Part shown: positions 26,576 to 39,397 of the stretch, in pieces
Numbering within the stretch: position 1 is the first letter of the stretch
Layout: the number at the start of each line of letters is the position of its first letter
Assembly (NCBI RefSeq): GCF_018977255.1
Contig: NW_024704743.1
Coordinates: 2,730,001 to 2,794,000 of the forward strand
Length of the DNA stretch: 64,000 bases
Reading direction: 5' to 3'
Origin: Callorhinchus milii
Taxonomy: Eukaryota
Program-made: the position numbers and the translations under genes
The notes under the pieces: model-generated
Databases searched by the model: none
What the model was told of the DNA's origin: nothing
Seen by the model: only the letters and a program-made list of their open reading frames with translations

Positions 26576-27499
26576 TATCCTGTGAATCGCTTTGAGGCAT
26601 CCTTCTGACTTGTACTCAAATAAAAGAAAGGTGCTATACCAAATGTAATTATTATTACATTTAAATTAACAATAAACAATAAATTATTATTATCTCTTTC
26701 CAACATTCAATTCCCTGCTCGAGATGTCAGGGTCAAAGTAATAAAACAAACCCTTTTGTTTTTACCCCAGGAGGGTGGTTAGAACGCAGGATGACTCACC
26801 ACAAATGCTCTTTCTTTCATCATAACAGTAATTGAAAGGGAACTGGATGAATATTTGAAGAAAAAAATAATATTAAAGAATATCACCTTGAGCTTCCCAC
26901 AGGCCGCAGATCATCCAGAACTCTGCAGCCCGTGTCCTCTCCCGCACCAGGCTCCACGACCCTATCACCCCCATCCTCGCTCAACTCCACTGGCTTCCCA
27001 TCACAAACAGGATACAGTTCAAGATCCTGATCCTCAAAGCCCTCCATGGTCATTCTCCCCCCGACCTCTGCCACCTCCTAACCCCCTACCATCCTGCTCG
27101 CTCCCTCCGCTCAGCGGGCTCCGGCCTGCTTCACGTTCCAGTTTTCCCAGCCAGGGAGGGAGGGAGGGAAAGGAAAGGTGGGTAAGGGTAAGAAGGCACA
27201 AGAAGAGATATTCAGCCTCGTGCTATTAATAATTATCCAGCCAGACATGAGCGCTCAGAAACAAAAAAGAGCAGATAGTGTATGTAGGCGTCCGCGCTCT
27301 CTCCTGAGCGCGTGTTTGATGTGGATTCACTGTGATACTTGCTGACCTGCTGGCAGGGACACGAGGCCGAGGTGTTCAGCACGAGCTCCTGGGAACGTTA
27401 GCCTAACCCCAGCGTAAGCACTTAGTCACTGTTGGTAAACTCTGCGGCCAACAGCTCAGTCCAGCGGAGTTGGTGAGTCTGAGGCTCATTGGAGATAAA

Positions 27500-27860
27500 C
27501 ACACACACATACACCCACACACATACACCCCCCCCACACACACACCCCACACACACATACATCCCCCGCCACACACACCCCCACACACACATACACCACC
27601 CCCCACACACCCACACACCCATATACTCCCGCGCCCACACACTCACACACATGCATCCCCCCCCACACACACATACCACCCCCCCACACACACACCCCCC
27701 ACACACATACATCCCCCGCCACACACACCCCCACACACACATACACCACCCCCAACACACCCACACACCCATACACTCCCCCACACACACACCCCCCCAC
27801 ACACCCACACACACACCCCCCACACACACACATACACCCTCTCACCCACCCACACGCACG
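27500..27860. repeat. C/A-rich low-complexity tandem array with ~150-bp higher-order duplication
   Basis: The motif atcccccgccacacacacccccacacacacatacaccacc recurs at 27561 and 27711. Confidence 0.9.
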
Positions 27861-29864
27861 GCAATCAGATCAGCAGACAAAAGGGGGGGGTGTTGCCATG
27901 GCCACTGTTGGACAAGAGAGAGCTCCTGGGATCTGACATTAATTTGAAACCTCTCCCTGCCTCTCCTTGGAGGAGCTGTTGGAGAGAACAATAAAAGCTT
28001 CACTGTAAGGTGCAGAGATGGGAGTGAGACGAGCCCTTTGGGTACCAATCTGGGTATTTTGGGCCCGTGCATCAGGAGTGTGTGGGTTGGGGTGGGGGGA
28101 GGAAGGGGGGGAGAGGGGAGGAAGGGGGGAGAGGGGAGGAAGGGGGGAGGGGCGTGTGGGGAAGGAAGTGGGGAACAGAATTTATTCCTCGCATAAAAAC
28201 GTTAATTGCACTCCAGCAAAGAGTTACAAGGTGAAACTAATCATCCCTGTGGGCTGTGCACTGCTGTGTCATTGCTGTTTATAATTAAGAAGTTACACAC
28301 CAGCTTGACATTTACACACGCTCACAATTCCATCAACACCTCACGGCCATGTACACCCGACTTGGCTCTGTGCTTTGTCCAGGAAAACTCACCTTTGATA
28401 ATCATAATAATAATTATTATATCAAAATACTTAATAATAATAATCTTTGCCTTTGATACAACGCCTCATCACGTCATTGAGGCAACTCAAAATGCTTCAC
28501 AGAATATACTGTCAAGTGGATGGATTGTACTTTATGGGCAAAAATTGATTTGATATAGCACCTTATTACATTATCGAAACAGCTCAAAGCGCTTCACAGG
28601 ATTTTACCGTAAAGTGTGGTGATTGTAATTTGCATTTCTCCTGGTGTCCTGACCAGCGATACCCGAAAAACGATTGTTCATTCATTTCATAGCGGCCGCT
28701 AATTTTTAAAATACAATCAGTGCTATTGACAGTAAAATCCTGTGAAGTGTCTTGAGACTTGAAGTGAAAGGTACAATGTCAAATGCCGGGATTATTATGC
28801 ACAACCCATGCTCTTTACCCCACTCACGTAATCTCCTGGGGGAGAGCTCTGCATAAATATTCCGATGGCCAGAGATAATTAAGCAAAATTCCAGTATATG
28901 TCAGTTTAGCTCAGTTGGCAATATTCCCTCAGGGTTCGAAGGCTTGGTTGGGTTCCACACTAGGGCTTGAGATGATAATCTTAAACGACAGCCCCAGTGC
29001 AATGCACCATCCTTTGGATGAATTGCTAAACCAAGGTACCACCTGGCTGTTCAGGTGTTCGCTAAAGATTATCCAGATTCAGCAAAGACAACAACAACAA
29101 ACACCAAACTGCATTTACACACAGCGCCTTTCACGTTGGGAGCACATCCCAAGGTGCTGAACACTCACGGGTTTGCACCTGAGCTGGAGGTCAGGATCAA
29201 GACCAGGGCGTGAAGGAGGGAGGGTGACTGAATGCTCGGCTGATGTGGTCTGTTATTAAGAGGATGAGAACGCTGCCTGTGAATGGAGAGAGGTAGACAC
29301 CTCCGCAATATCGCCCAGCTCTGCCACTGTCTCTCCCCTCAGGCCACCAAAAGACTCGCATTCAACATATCTAGGCTCGACTACGCCAACTCCCTGCTGA
29401 TCCACCTCCCCAACTCTTCCCCCCATAAGCTGCAGATCATCCAGAACTCTACAAATGTAATTTTGTATTGTATCGTATCTTGATAATGTGATAAAGAGCT
29501 ACATGAAATGCAACCGTTATTATTATTAGGATCAATCTTCCAAAATTATACCCCCTAAATATATCATTTTCTTGCGCTGAAAGTTATAAAGTTTGACTTG
29601 AATTTTACTGTGTTTAAAAAGCCACCGATCTGAACGTCTTGGGGATTAGCTAGAGATTCCTGATGTAGAAAGCTTTTGCTGCAGTTCTTAAGTTTAAAGC
29701 AGCTTCTCTCCAGGCCTGTGCTGTCACTGACCCATAATCACCGCCCTGAGATATTGATTTCGATTGGAACCAGAGGCTGAGATATGCTTCTTGATTCTTC
29801 TGCATTATTTATCTTTCTATTTGTTTGTGCTTGAAGCTCAAGTATTGCTTTCTTCATATAAATT

Positions 29865-30212
29865 GTCTGCCTGGCTCATTTGGTTGTGGTCCCGAGCAGG
29901 GCAAAACCTTAAGAACGTTGGGTAAGTTTCCTTACTCCACACACGCGCCTCTGTTTACCAGCAGTAAGTAGGAACCCGGTGGTTAGTTGATTGGCGGATC
30001 GCTTTTCTGGGGGTAATAATTCAAAAACATTTTTTTAAAAATGTGGTTACTCAATCGATGACTGTTTGTGGGACGCTGCTGTGCGCAATTGGCTGCCGTG
30101 TTTCGCCCACAAAATATAGTCAATTCACTTTACAATATATTCTGTGAAGCCTTTCAAACGTCTCGAAGACGTGATAAAGGTATATCAAATGCGAGGATTA
30201 TTATTATTATCA
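29865..30212 (+). mobile_element. Family A SINE (head degraded)
   Basis: Body, Deu core and (tta)n tail. Confidence 0.82.
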
Positions 30213-31017
30213 TTTGATACCGAACTGGCGTGGTCAAAGAGGAAAGTTTCAGGTACAATCTGAAGACAGGCCAAGAGGGAGTGAGACAGAGGAATTGAGG
30301 AAGGGAGTTTCAGATGTGAAACATTACAAGTAAATCTTTATTTTAAATTGGTTTGGTGATTTTCCCCAGGCTGCTCACACTGGTGATAATGTTAAATGCC
30401 GCAAGTTACTGCAAAGAACACGGAGCTTGGCTAACAAATAAATACAAAGACTTGAAGCTGTAAAGTGTGCCCCACAGAACAGTATGTGGTGATTGGGGTG
30501 TTAGCAACTTCAGGCAGGTGGGGGCTGTTCTGTAGTCAGGCACAAGACATGGGACAGCGAATGTGTCTGTGTATTTACAGCACACAATAAGGTGTGAATA
30601 GCAGCAGCAACAGGGAAAGTAGGCAATAGCCCATGTCCAGAGATTCCGCAAATTTTAACAACAGGACTGAAAGGAGAAATGGCCGGAGGGGCCGGGAGCA
30701 GACTAGCATTCCAGAAAGATGAGCTGAATTAAGACATGGACAGTATTCTAAGAGCTGACCTGATTTCTGGGGAAGAGTGTGCAATGACATGCTGTGCATG
30801 AGATTGCTGGATTCACACCCTGATTCCTCACATGGCAAGTGACTGATTGTTGCCAGACATCAAAGTGGACGTGAGGAGGTTCAAACAGGACAGGGACGGG
30901 GAGGGGAAGGTAGATTAAACTCGGGTCAAACTGACTCACTAAATCAGCAGTTTGAGCAAAACCTGGGACCTTATTCATCAGCTTGACTCAGCGGAAAAGG
31001 TGTTTGTCTTTAATGTG

Positions 31018-31996
31018 TTAATAATAATAATCCTTGCATTTGATATAGCGCCTTATCATATCTTCGAGACGTCTCAAAGCGCTTCTCAGGATACACTGTA
31101 AAGTGAATTAACTGAATATTTTGTGGGCGACACACAGCAGCCAATTGCCATGTCCCACAAACAGTCGTGGATTGAGGGACCCAATTACTTATTTTCATTT
31201 ATTTTGAAGGGATTATTATCCCCAGTAAAGCGATCCGCCAGGTTCCTACTCACTGCTGGTAAACCGAGGCATTTCAGCAATGGAGAAGATAGGAAGCTCC
31301 AGATTGAGAGCAGATGAGAGAGTGAGGCCGAGAACATTAACAGATTTGGATCCAATGAAGCTGTGAGCAGCCGAGAATGTTTACCAGAGACGGGCAGAAA
31401 ATGCCGCTTTGATGAATTTCAGAAATTAAGTGTTTTGAGATGTCCTCCTTAGGTGAAACACCCTATATATATAAATTACATTGTAATTTGATAGGGTGGA
31501 TATTGATAGGCTGTTTCCACGTGTGTGGGTTGTGTGTGAAGGAGGGAGGGAGGGGATATAAAACAGCCAGTGGCAGATCTAGGAGTGGTAAGAATGTGGA
31601 ACTCACTGCCAGAAGCTATGGTTGAAGCAAAAAGCATCAATGTATTTAAACTTACTTATCATAATAATAATATCGTGTGTTCGAGACGCCTCAAAGCGCT
31701 TCACAGAATATACTGTAAAGTGTAGTGACTATATTTTGTGAGCGAAACGTGACAGCCAATTACGTGCAGTAGCATCCCCCCAAACAGTTATGGGATTGAA
31801 TAACCAAATTATTAATGTTTTTAAAAAAAATTTGGAGGGATTTATTACCCCCGGAAAAGTGATCCGCCAATCGACTAACAAGTGGATTCATGCTTACTGC
31901 TGGAACTTGCCCAACATTTCGCTCTGCCGGAACTCGAACCCAGCTCTTCACACTTGCGAGGCGAGTACCCTAACCACTGAGCTACCGAACTCCACA
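31018..31996 (-). mobile_element. Two family A SINE copies (31018-31270 partial; 31660-31996)
   Basis: Reverse-complement tails and Deu cores; head at about 31920-31996. Confidence 0.8.
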
Positions 31997-32284
31997 AATC
32001 TATGTAAATTATGGGGAGGAAACGATTTTCACTACCTGATCAAATGTCAAGAGGTCATGGATGAGATCAAGGTTCAGTGATTCAGTCATCGCGGCATGAA
32101 AGTGGTTTCGAGGTCAAGTGAATTGAGGCTGTGCAATCTCAGAGAGGTCGATGAATGTAGAGTGGAGTCAGTGGCAGGAGGCGGATAGGGTCAGGCGATG
32201 AGCAGAAGAGGTCACGGATGCGGAGACAGAGCAGGAATAAAATGGGAGGGTAGATGGAGCCCCCAAGAGGATTTCTATCATGGA

Positions 32285-32880
32285 GCCACAACAACAACAA
32301 CACCACCTTGTATTTATATGGTGGCCCTCATGCCGGATTGGAACACTTAACAGTGGTGTCGTTTGATGCCAAGCCGGGGAAAAAGGGGAGGTAACCCTAG
32401 GCACGTTAAAAAAGGAGGGTCTTCAGGTGTGATCTTAAGATGGGAAAACTGGAGCAGGGACTGGGGCAGGGAGTTTCCAGAAATTCTGGGCAAAGTGTCT
32501 GAAAGCACGGCCACTGTTGGTGGAATAGCCGGGTTGGTGGGATATGCCAAAGGCCCGAGCCAGCTGAGCAAAGGAGTGAAGTATGAGCAGGTTGGAGAGA
32601 TAAGGAGTTCTAGCACATGAAGTGATTTGTAAGGGACTGTGAGGAACTTGAAATTGATCCAGTCTGTGACAGGGAGCAAGTGGAGCTTGGCAAGGACTGG
32701 AATGATGGGGGTGGGGAGTTTGATAAGGGTGAGTTTTGAATGAGTTGGACTTTGTGAATAGTGGAACCGAGGAGACCATATAGAAGGGCATTAGAAAAAT
32801 CAAGGCGGGAGATGATGAAAGCGTGGATGAGGGTTTCAGCAGTGTGGGGTATGAGGTGTAAACCATGACAATAATGGGAA
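32285..32880 (-). mobile_element. L2-type LINE 3' fragment
   Basis: Translates to AETLIHAFIISRLDFSNALLYGL...KVQLIQN and INFKFLTVPYKSLH. Confidence 0.85.
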
Positions 32881-33243
32881 TGCAGGTACTTGATACATGC
32901 AAATTGTTTACATATGTAATAATTATCTGAAATCTTTGGTTGCACCCGTAGAATTGTATCTCTGATGGGATAAACCCATCTGAACAAGCAGACGGGACCT
33001 CAGTTTAACGTCTCATCAAAGAATTGCACTTGATCATCAGCCTGGACTGTGAGCTCAAAACCCTCTGTGTGGGAATATGTTTTAATACAAGACAATGTTT
33101 AACAAAGAGATTTTTTTCCAAAGCAAGAGAAAAGATGAGAAATCTGCTCCATCTCAACACATTGCAGCTTGTTATTAATAAGAGGAGAGCATTGGAGAAG
33201 TCAAGGCAGGAGGTGATGAAAGTTTGGATGAGAGTTTCAGTGG

Positions 33244-33520
33244 TGAGATCCTGTAGCTCAATGGTTAGACACTCGCCTCGCAATTGAGAGACCTGGGTTT
33301 GATTCCCGGCAGGACGAAACCTTGGGCAAGTTTCCTTACTCCACACGCCTGATAATAATCCCTCAAGAAAAAAAATAAAATAATAATTTGGTCACTTCAA
33401 TCCACAGCTGTTTGTGGGACATTGCTGTGCACAATTGGCTGCTGCGTTTCGCCCACAAATATAGTCAATTCACTTTACAGTATATTCTGTGAAGCGCTCT
33501 GAGACGTCTCGGAGACGTGG
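33244..33520 (+). mobile_element. Family A SINE (short-body variant)
   Basis: tRNA-like head with CGC loop and Deu core. Confidence 0.83.
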
Positions 33521-36164
33521 TAATCCATTACAATAGACACAACATCTGATCAATCTGATCTGATCAATATCTTTATGACACAGTTTCATCAAATGAAAAT
33601 GCCTAATTCAATTACAAGGGACCTGAGTGAGTTTGGCTCAGGTTATAAGTGGAGAGATATAATAAGTGGCTATATATGAGATTGTCTACTTCCACTCAAT
33701 CTCACACTAAATGCTGCCGAAATTCACCTTTCTTATCTCCCAACTTGACTTTCCAAACACACTCTTTACTGGCCTCCCCAGTCTCACCATCTGTAAGTGC
33801 TTCAGCTCATACCAAATTCTGCCGCTCGCATCCTAACCCTCATCCTCACCAAACTCCTTCCATACCAAACTCCATCCTCAGCAAACTCCATCCGCCATCA
33901 TCCCAGCCCTGACCAGGCTCTCCTGACTCCCCTAATGCACCAACATCAAGGTCCTCACCCTCGTCTATAAATCCCTTTACTCCCCAGCACATCACCCCCA
34001 CCCCTCCCCAATCTGTGAGATCTTCTGTTATCCGATCTCCACCAGATGCTCACTCCCCCTCAACCCCTCCACTCAGCAAATTAATTCTAGACGGCTGTCG
34101 GGCGAGATTATACACATCAAAGAATATCATTGGAAACAAAATAAAACCATTGGATTTGGTGTCTTGGCGAGAAACACACAGGCTTTCAAATCAATTATTA
34201 GATTGTAATAGCTGGTAATTAATTAAGAAACCACAGAGGTTGTGAACCTGCCCTGGCTTTATATGACGTGCATCACAAAGAGCAGAAACAATTAACCCAT
34301 CATCTCACAATCTACAAACTGTGTAGGCAAGCAGAAGGCAGGTAGATTGGCAACAAAAACATACAATCAATTCAAAAGGTTATCACCATTGATCTGAAAT
34401 GTTAACTCACTTTCCTCTCTCCATAGATGCTGCCTAAACTGTTGAATGTTCCCAGCGACTTTTGTTTTATTCCACTTTACAGTATATTCTGTGATGCACT
34501 TTGAGACGTTTCAAAGATGGGATAACACGCAATACCAAATGCAAGTGTTAATATTATTATGAACAATTATTCTCTCTATTTCAGTCTTAAGACCTTAATA
34601 TCGGTCTGATAATATGTCTGATAATAATCCCTCAAGAAAAAACAACAGTAATTTGGTCACTTCAATCCACGGCTGTTTTTGGGACGCTGCTGTGTGCAAT
34701 TGGCTGCCGCATTTCACCCACAAATATACAGTCAATTCACTTTATTGTGAAGCGCTTTGAGACATCTCAAAGACGTGATAATCCGTTATATCAAATACAA
34801 GGATTATTATTATTATTTATAAAATCTGTCACTTTTACAAACGTTCTTTCCTGAAACTCTGGACTTGACAGAGGCTCCTGATCCCAAAAGCTTCGGATCA
34901 GAAACGAGGGCAGGAAAAAACCCAGAATGGCTGCTCCCTCCTTCCAAACAGCCAGGTAATTACTTCTGGCATTTTGACAAGTATTTGCTACAGTGAAGGT
35001 CAAAGCTATCAGCGTCCCCAATCTCTGCTAATCAGCTCAGCTGGTGAGGAGCTCAGCTGCCAATGTTTTCATAATTACAAGATCCGCCAGCAACATAGTG
35101 TTTTTTCACTATGTAAATCAACCCGTAATGGCAGCTAATTCTGTTTGTCACAGGTTCCTGCCTCGCTGCTTAATAGATGCTGCACTGGCACCGTGTATGT
35201 GAGTGAGTGTGCGTGTATCTACGTGAGTGTCTGTGCGTGAGTCTATGTGTGTGTGAGTGTGTGTGTGAGTGAGTGAGTTTGTGTGAGTGTGAGATTAATT
35301 TTATCTTGCATTGCCACACTCGCTACTTCCGCTCGGCCGGCTCTGGCCTCCTCAGCCACTACGCCCCGAAACTCTAGCACTCTCTCCCTCAATCCCTCCT
35401 CCTTGCTCCCTCTCTCCTCCCTACCTTTAAATCCTACCTAAAGACCTTCCTTTACGTTGGTGCTGAGGGTCGCCTCCCCTCCTCCCTCCCTCCCCCCCCC
35501 TTTGGCTCGGGGTCAGACTCCACCACTGTGAAGCTCTCCAGGACACCATCCGCATGAAGGGCGCTGTGTAAATGCAATCTTATTGTTGATGTACTGTGAT
35601 TACAGTCTTACTGTAAAGAATGACCATCGCAATGTTTGTAACAGACCCATTGGGTAGGAAGCCAGGCTACTAATTCAATGCGCCTGCAGATTAATACATG
35701 AACTGAAATGAAAGCACAGAATCCCTGTGTCTGATGAACCTTTGTTGCTCTCCACTGGAGGTAAGAGCAATAAATCTGTGTATCTGTCATCTCCACCTGG
35801 TAACCTAATGTGCCAAAATGATTCTCACTTTAACAGATGGTCAGACATTGTTCATTTGAAATATCATCTTCACGTCTGTCCCCTTTTCTCTCACACAGAG
35901 GAGACATTTGAACTCAATCCGCGGCTGTTTGTGGGACGCTGCTGTGCGCAATGGGCTGCTGCGTTTCGCCCACAAAATATACAGTCAATTTACTTTACAG
36001 TATCCTGTGAAGCGCTTTGAGATGTCTAGAAGACGGGATAAGGTGCTATTTCAAATGCAAGGATTATTATTATTATCATTAACCTCAAGTCCTATACCAC
36101 CTAAACTTTCTCGTGGCATCTTCGCTTTTCAAAGCCAATATACTACTCATGTGTGAAAAATGGA

Positions 36165-36645
36165 TGTCAGCCCTGATTCAGTTGGTAGCACTCTCGCCTC
36201 TGACTCTGGAGGTTGTGGGTCCAAGCTCCGTGTCAGGACTTTGAGCTCATTCTTGACTGACACTCCAATGCAGACCTGGGGGGGGGGGGGTGGCAGAGCA
36301 TTGTCAGAGGTGTCATCCCTCCCTCAGGTGAGATGTTAACCTGAGGTCCTGCCTGTTCAGGTGGATGTTAAAAGATCCCACGGCACTATAGGAAAAGAGA
36401 AGGGAGTTTCTCTCTCTCTCCCGGTTCCTGGTCGACAATCTCCCAAATAAAACTGGTCACTCTCTCCATAGGACATTTACCCCCCAGATAAAATTGTTTA
36501 TTCACTTCACATCTATTTGTGGGACATCGTGGTGTGCAAGCTGGCGCCTGTGTTTACCTACAAAACACTCAGTTACTGCACTTAAAAATCCTTTGAAGTG
36601 CTTTGGTACTCACAACGCCATGATAAGGTGCGACATCAAATGCAA
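36165..36645 (+). mobile_element. SacSINE1/AmnSINE-like Deu SINE (family B), near full length
   Basis: tgtcagcc...ggtagcactctcgcctctga...ggtggatgttaaaagatcccacggcacta...Deu core...tail. Family name recalled from memory; many partial copies in the window (e.g. 19540-19825, 22330-22580, 24555-24820, 38625-38790, 45898-46130). Confidence 0.75.
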
Positions 36646-36704
36646 TCATTTACTCTGATGATTACTGCTGTTGGTGGGGCAGCCAAGACCTTGTCATTTA
36701 TACC

Positions 36705-36912
36705 TCACACACACCCACACACAGACATACACACACCCACACACAGACACACACACATACACACACACACACACAGACATACAAACCCACACACACACGC
36801 ACACACAGACACGCACACACAGACACAAACACACATGCACACACACAACTTCCACACATACAACGGGCACACACGCACACACATGCACATACAGGCAGAC
36901 ACATGTGCACAC
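36705..36912. repeat. Imperfect (CA)n microsatellite
   Basis: Visible directly; similar tracts at 15175-15265, 16795-16880 and 35195-35292. Confidence 0.9.
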
Positions 36913-37203
36913 AAAGTCAGTGTTTTCTTTCCAATTGACCTCATGCTCAGCTACATGTGTCTGTCTCCTTGTTGTGAGCTGGGCCCTGTTTGCTTTGCCA
37001 GGCCAGGCCCACGTCTCTAGTTTGAATCCATCTCCTCTACAAACAATCAAATCTCTGCTCACCTTAATTGACTCTGTGATTTCCCACTTGTGCCCCAGCC
37101 CCTCACTGTCTCTTCCATTATAAGCCAGTTTCCCAAGTGGTGTGTTTGGGTTTGGTAACCTCTCTATTCTCTGATATGGACAGAAGGTAAACACGGTTCC
37201 TAC

Positions 37204-37283
37204 CTGCTGCATTGGCCACGTCCACAGTTGACAAGTTTTGAGCGTTGATGTACACTTGGAAGGTCACAGCGGGTCCCAGAACA
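37204..37283 (-). CDS. PTPRN2: PTPRN2-like exon (~exon 11), ectodomain
   Basis: Acceptor tcttccag| and donor |gtagga. 80 nt, phase 2 to phase 1. Encodes (N)VLGPAVTFQVYINAQNLSTVDVANAA. VLGPAVTF is phogrin-type, and an N-glycosylation sequon NLS is present. Confidence 0.93.
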
Positions 37284-39081
37284 CTGGAAGATAATTGAAC
37301 ACCGTGACAGGCTTTAGACGGGTTTGCACACATGCGAGAGAAAGATTAGTCACAGAAACCGAGCAACAACAGCAACTTGCACTTATATAGCAGCCTCCAC
37401 ATAGGGTAATGTCTCAGAGCAGGGAAACGTGGCAACCGATCGGGAGAGCAACACTGCAAAAGATGCTTTACCTTAAACCCACACCAGCCCTGGCCAACAA
37501 CAACAATTTATAATAATCCTTGGCATTTGATACAGCATTTTATCATCTTGTCAAAACACCTCAAAGAGCTTCACCAGATTTAACCTATAGTCTGGTGGCT
37601 GTAAGCGATTAACATTATTTATACACATTATAAGGTCCCCTTTGAGACATTATTTCTCAAAACTGAAGATCCCCAGTTTGTCTAATCATTAAAGATAGAT
37701 CAGTCCTGGGGTAGCGACTAGAGAAGGAGTAGATTTTGGTGCCATCCATATACATATGGAAGTTGACTCCAAGTCTGTGGATGATGTCATCAAGAGGGAG
37801 CAGCCTAGAATGGCACAACAGCAGGTCACGGTGCAGAAGCTGCACACAAACCGTTAGCCGAGACGAAATAATGGCAGTGGGTCAATCGAGTTCACAATAT
37901 ATCCTGTGAAGCACTTTGAGACGTCTCAACGACATGATAAGACGCTGTATCAAATGCAAGGATTATTATTGTTGTTATTATTAGCAGGACTTTAACTAGG
38001 TGAGTGACCAACAACAACAATTACCACTGAGCTGGACAAGGGAGGAGAGAAGGTCCACGTTGTCCAAACGCAGAGGTCCATGAAGACAGGGAAGGCAGAG
38101 GGAGCCCTGGTCACACAGACAGTGGGTGTACCATCAGCTCAATGACCAAATGCATCTGGAAGATTGTTCACTGAGAAACCCAGAAAATCTCCCTCTTGCA
38201 AATAATGTTGCGGGATCTATAACACCTATGTGAACGGGCAGATGAGACCACATTTAATGTCTTCTAGAAGATGGCACCACTGATAGTGTAGCTCTCACCA
38301 CCTGAGGAATCTGGTCTGCAGACTCTTTAAACCGATGATGGTTGACTGAAAAAACTAATTTGTTCACAACCATAAGAGAAATCACTTTTCAGTGCAGCGT
38401 ATAAATCCGTGAGTGACTTCTGAACATTCAGGACTCCTAACCCAATGTCACCTAAAGGTCAGGCAGGGCTGGTAATTTCTTCCCAATCTGTTCTTCAAAT
38501 AATCTCTGTACCTCTTCCCAGCACATCATGCACCCTGCGATCAGCCTGCGATCAGCCTCCGATCAGCCCAAAGGCATAATCCTTAAGTAGAAATGTTATT
38601 GTTTTCGTCTGACGTTGCTTTTGGTGTCAGCCTGACTCACAAGTTTGCACTCTCTCTCGCCTCCAAGTCATAAGTTTGTTGGTTCAAGTCTCGTATCAGG
38701 GCTGTGAGTGCAGACTCTAGGCTGACATTCCACTGCAGTGATGTGGAAACGCTGCATCGCTGGACATAGCCTCCTTCACATGAGACATCAGCTCATCTGC
38801 TTTATTATGTTGTTGAGAACGAAGGGGTGAATTGTAAGGTGCTTACGGTGGAGTGACCTCTTACTCCCATTTCGCCTACAAATATACAGTCAACTCACTT
38901 TACAGTCGATTCTGTGAAGCGCTTTGAGACGTCTCGAAGACGTGATAAGTCGCTATATCAAATGCAAGGATTATTATTATTAACGGTTACATTTGAACTG
39001 CACTGAATCCAATATTTTCAGTCGTCAATGTGAACTTGTCAGTATGATCATTCCTCACTATTGTAATATGTCACTGAGGCA

Positions 39082-39397
39082 GGTCCTGTAGCTCAGTGGT
39101 TAGAGCATTTGCCTTGCAAGCGAGAGACCTAGGTTCCATTCCGGTAGGTCAGGACGAAAGCTTGGGCAAGTTTCCTTACTCCACACGTCTGATAATAATC
39201 CCTCAAGAAAAAAACAATAATAGTGTGGTCACTCAATCCCCAACTGTTTGTGGGGACGCTGCTGTGCGCAATTGGCTGCTGCGTTTCTCCCACAAATATC
39301 CAGTCAATTCACTTTACAGTGTATCCTGTGAAGTGCTTTAAGATGTCTCGAAGACGTGATAAGGTGCTGTATCAAATACAAGGATTATTATTATTAT
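39082..39397 (+). mobile_element. Family A SINE (short-body variant)
   Basis: Head, Deu core and tail. Confidence 0.85.

Noticed and set aside
27403..27994. Long His/Thr/Pro-rich and Val/Cys/Gly-rich ORFs (also 36598-37212)
   Set aside because: They are translations of CA-rich simple repeats that lack stop codons.
29141..29161. RE1/NRSE-like half site (ttcagcacc on the minus strand; a weaker one at 27375)
   Set aside because: The GGACAG half is missing and the site at 29141 lies in an L2 tail, so support is insufficient.
30400..31000. Unique-looking, moderately GC-rich stretch as a possible extra exon or nested gene
   Set aside because: No recognisable protein similarity or phase-compatible splice sites found, and the PTPRN2 exon chain is already complete across this intron.
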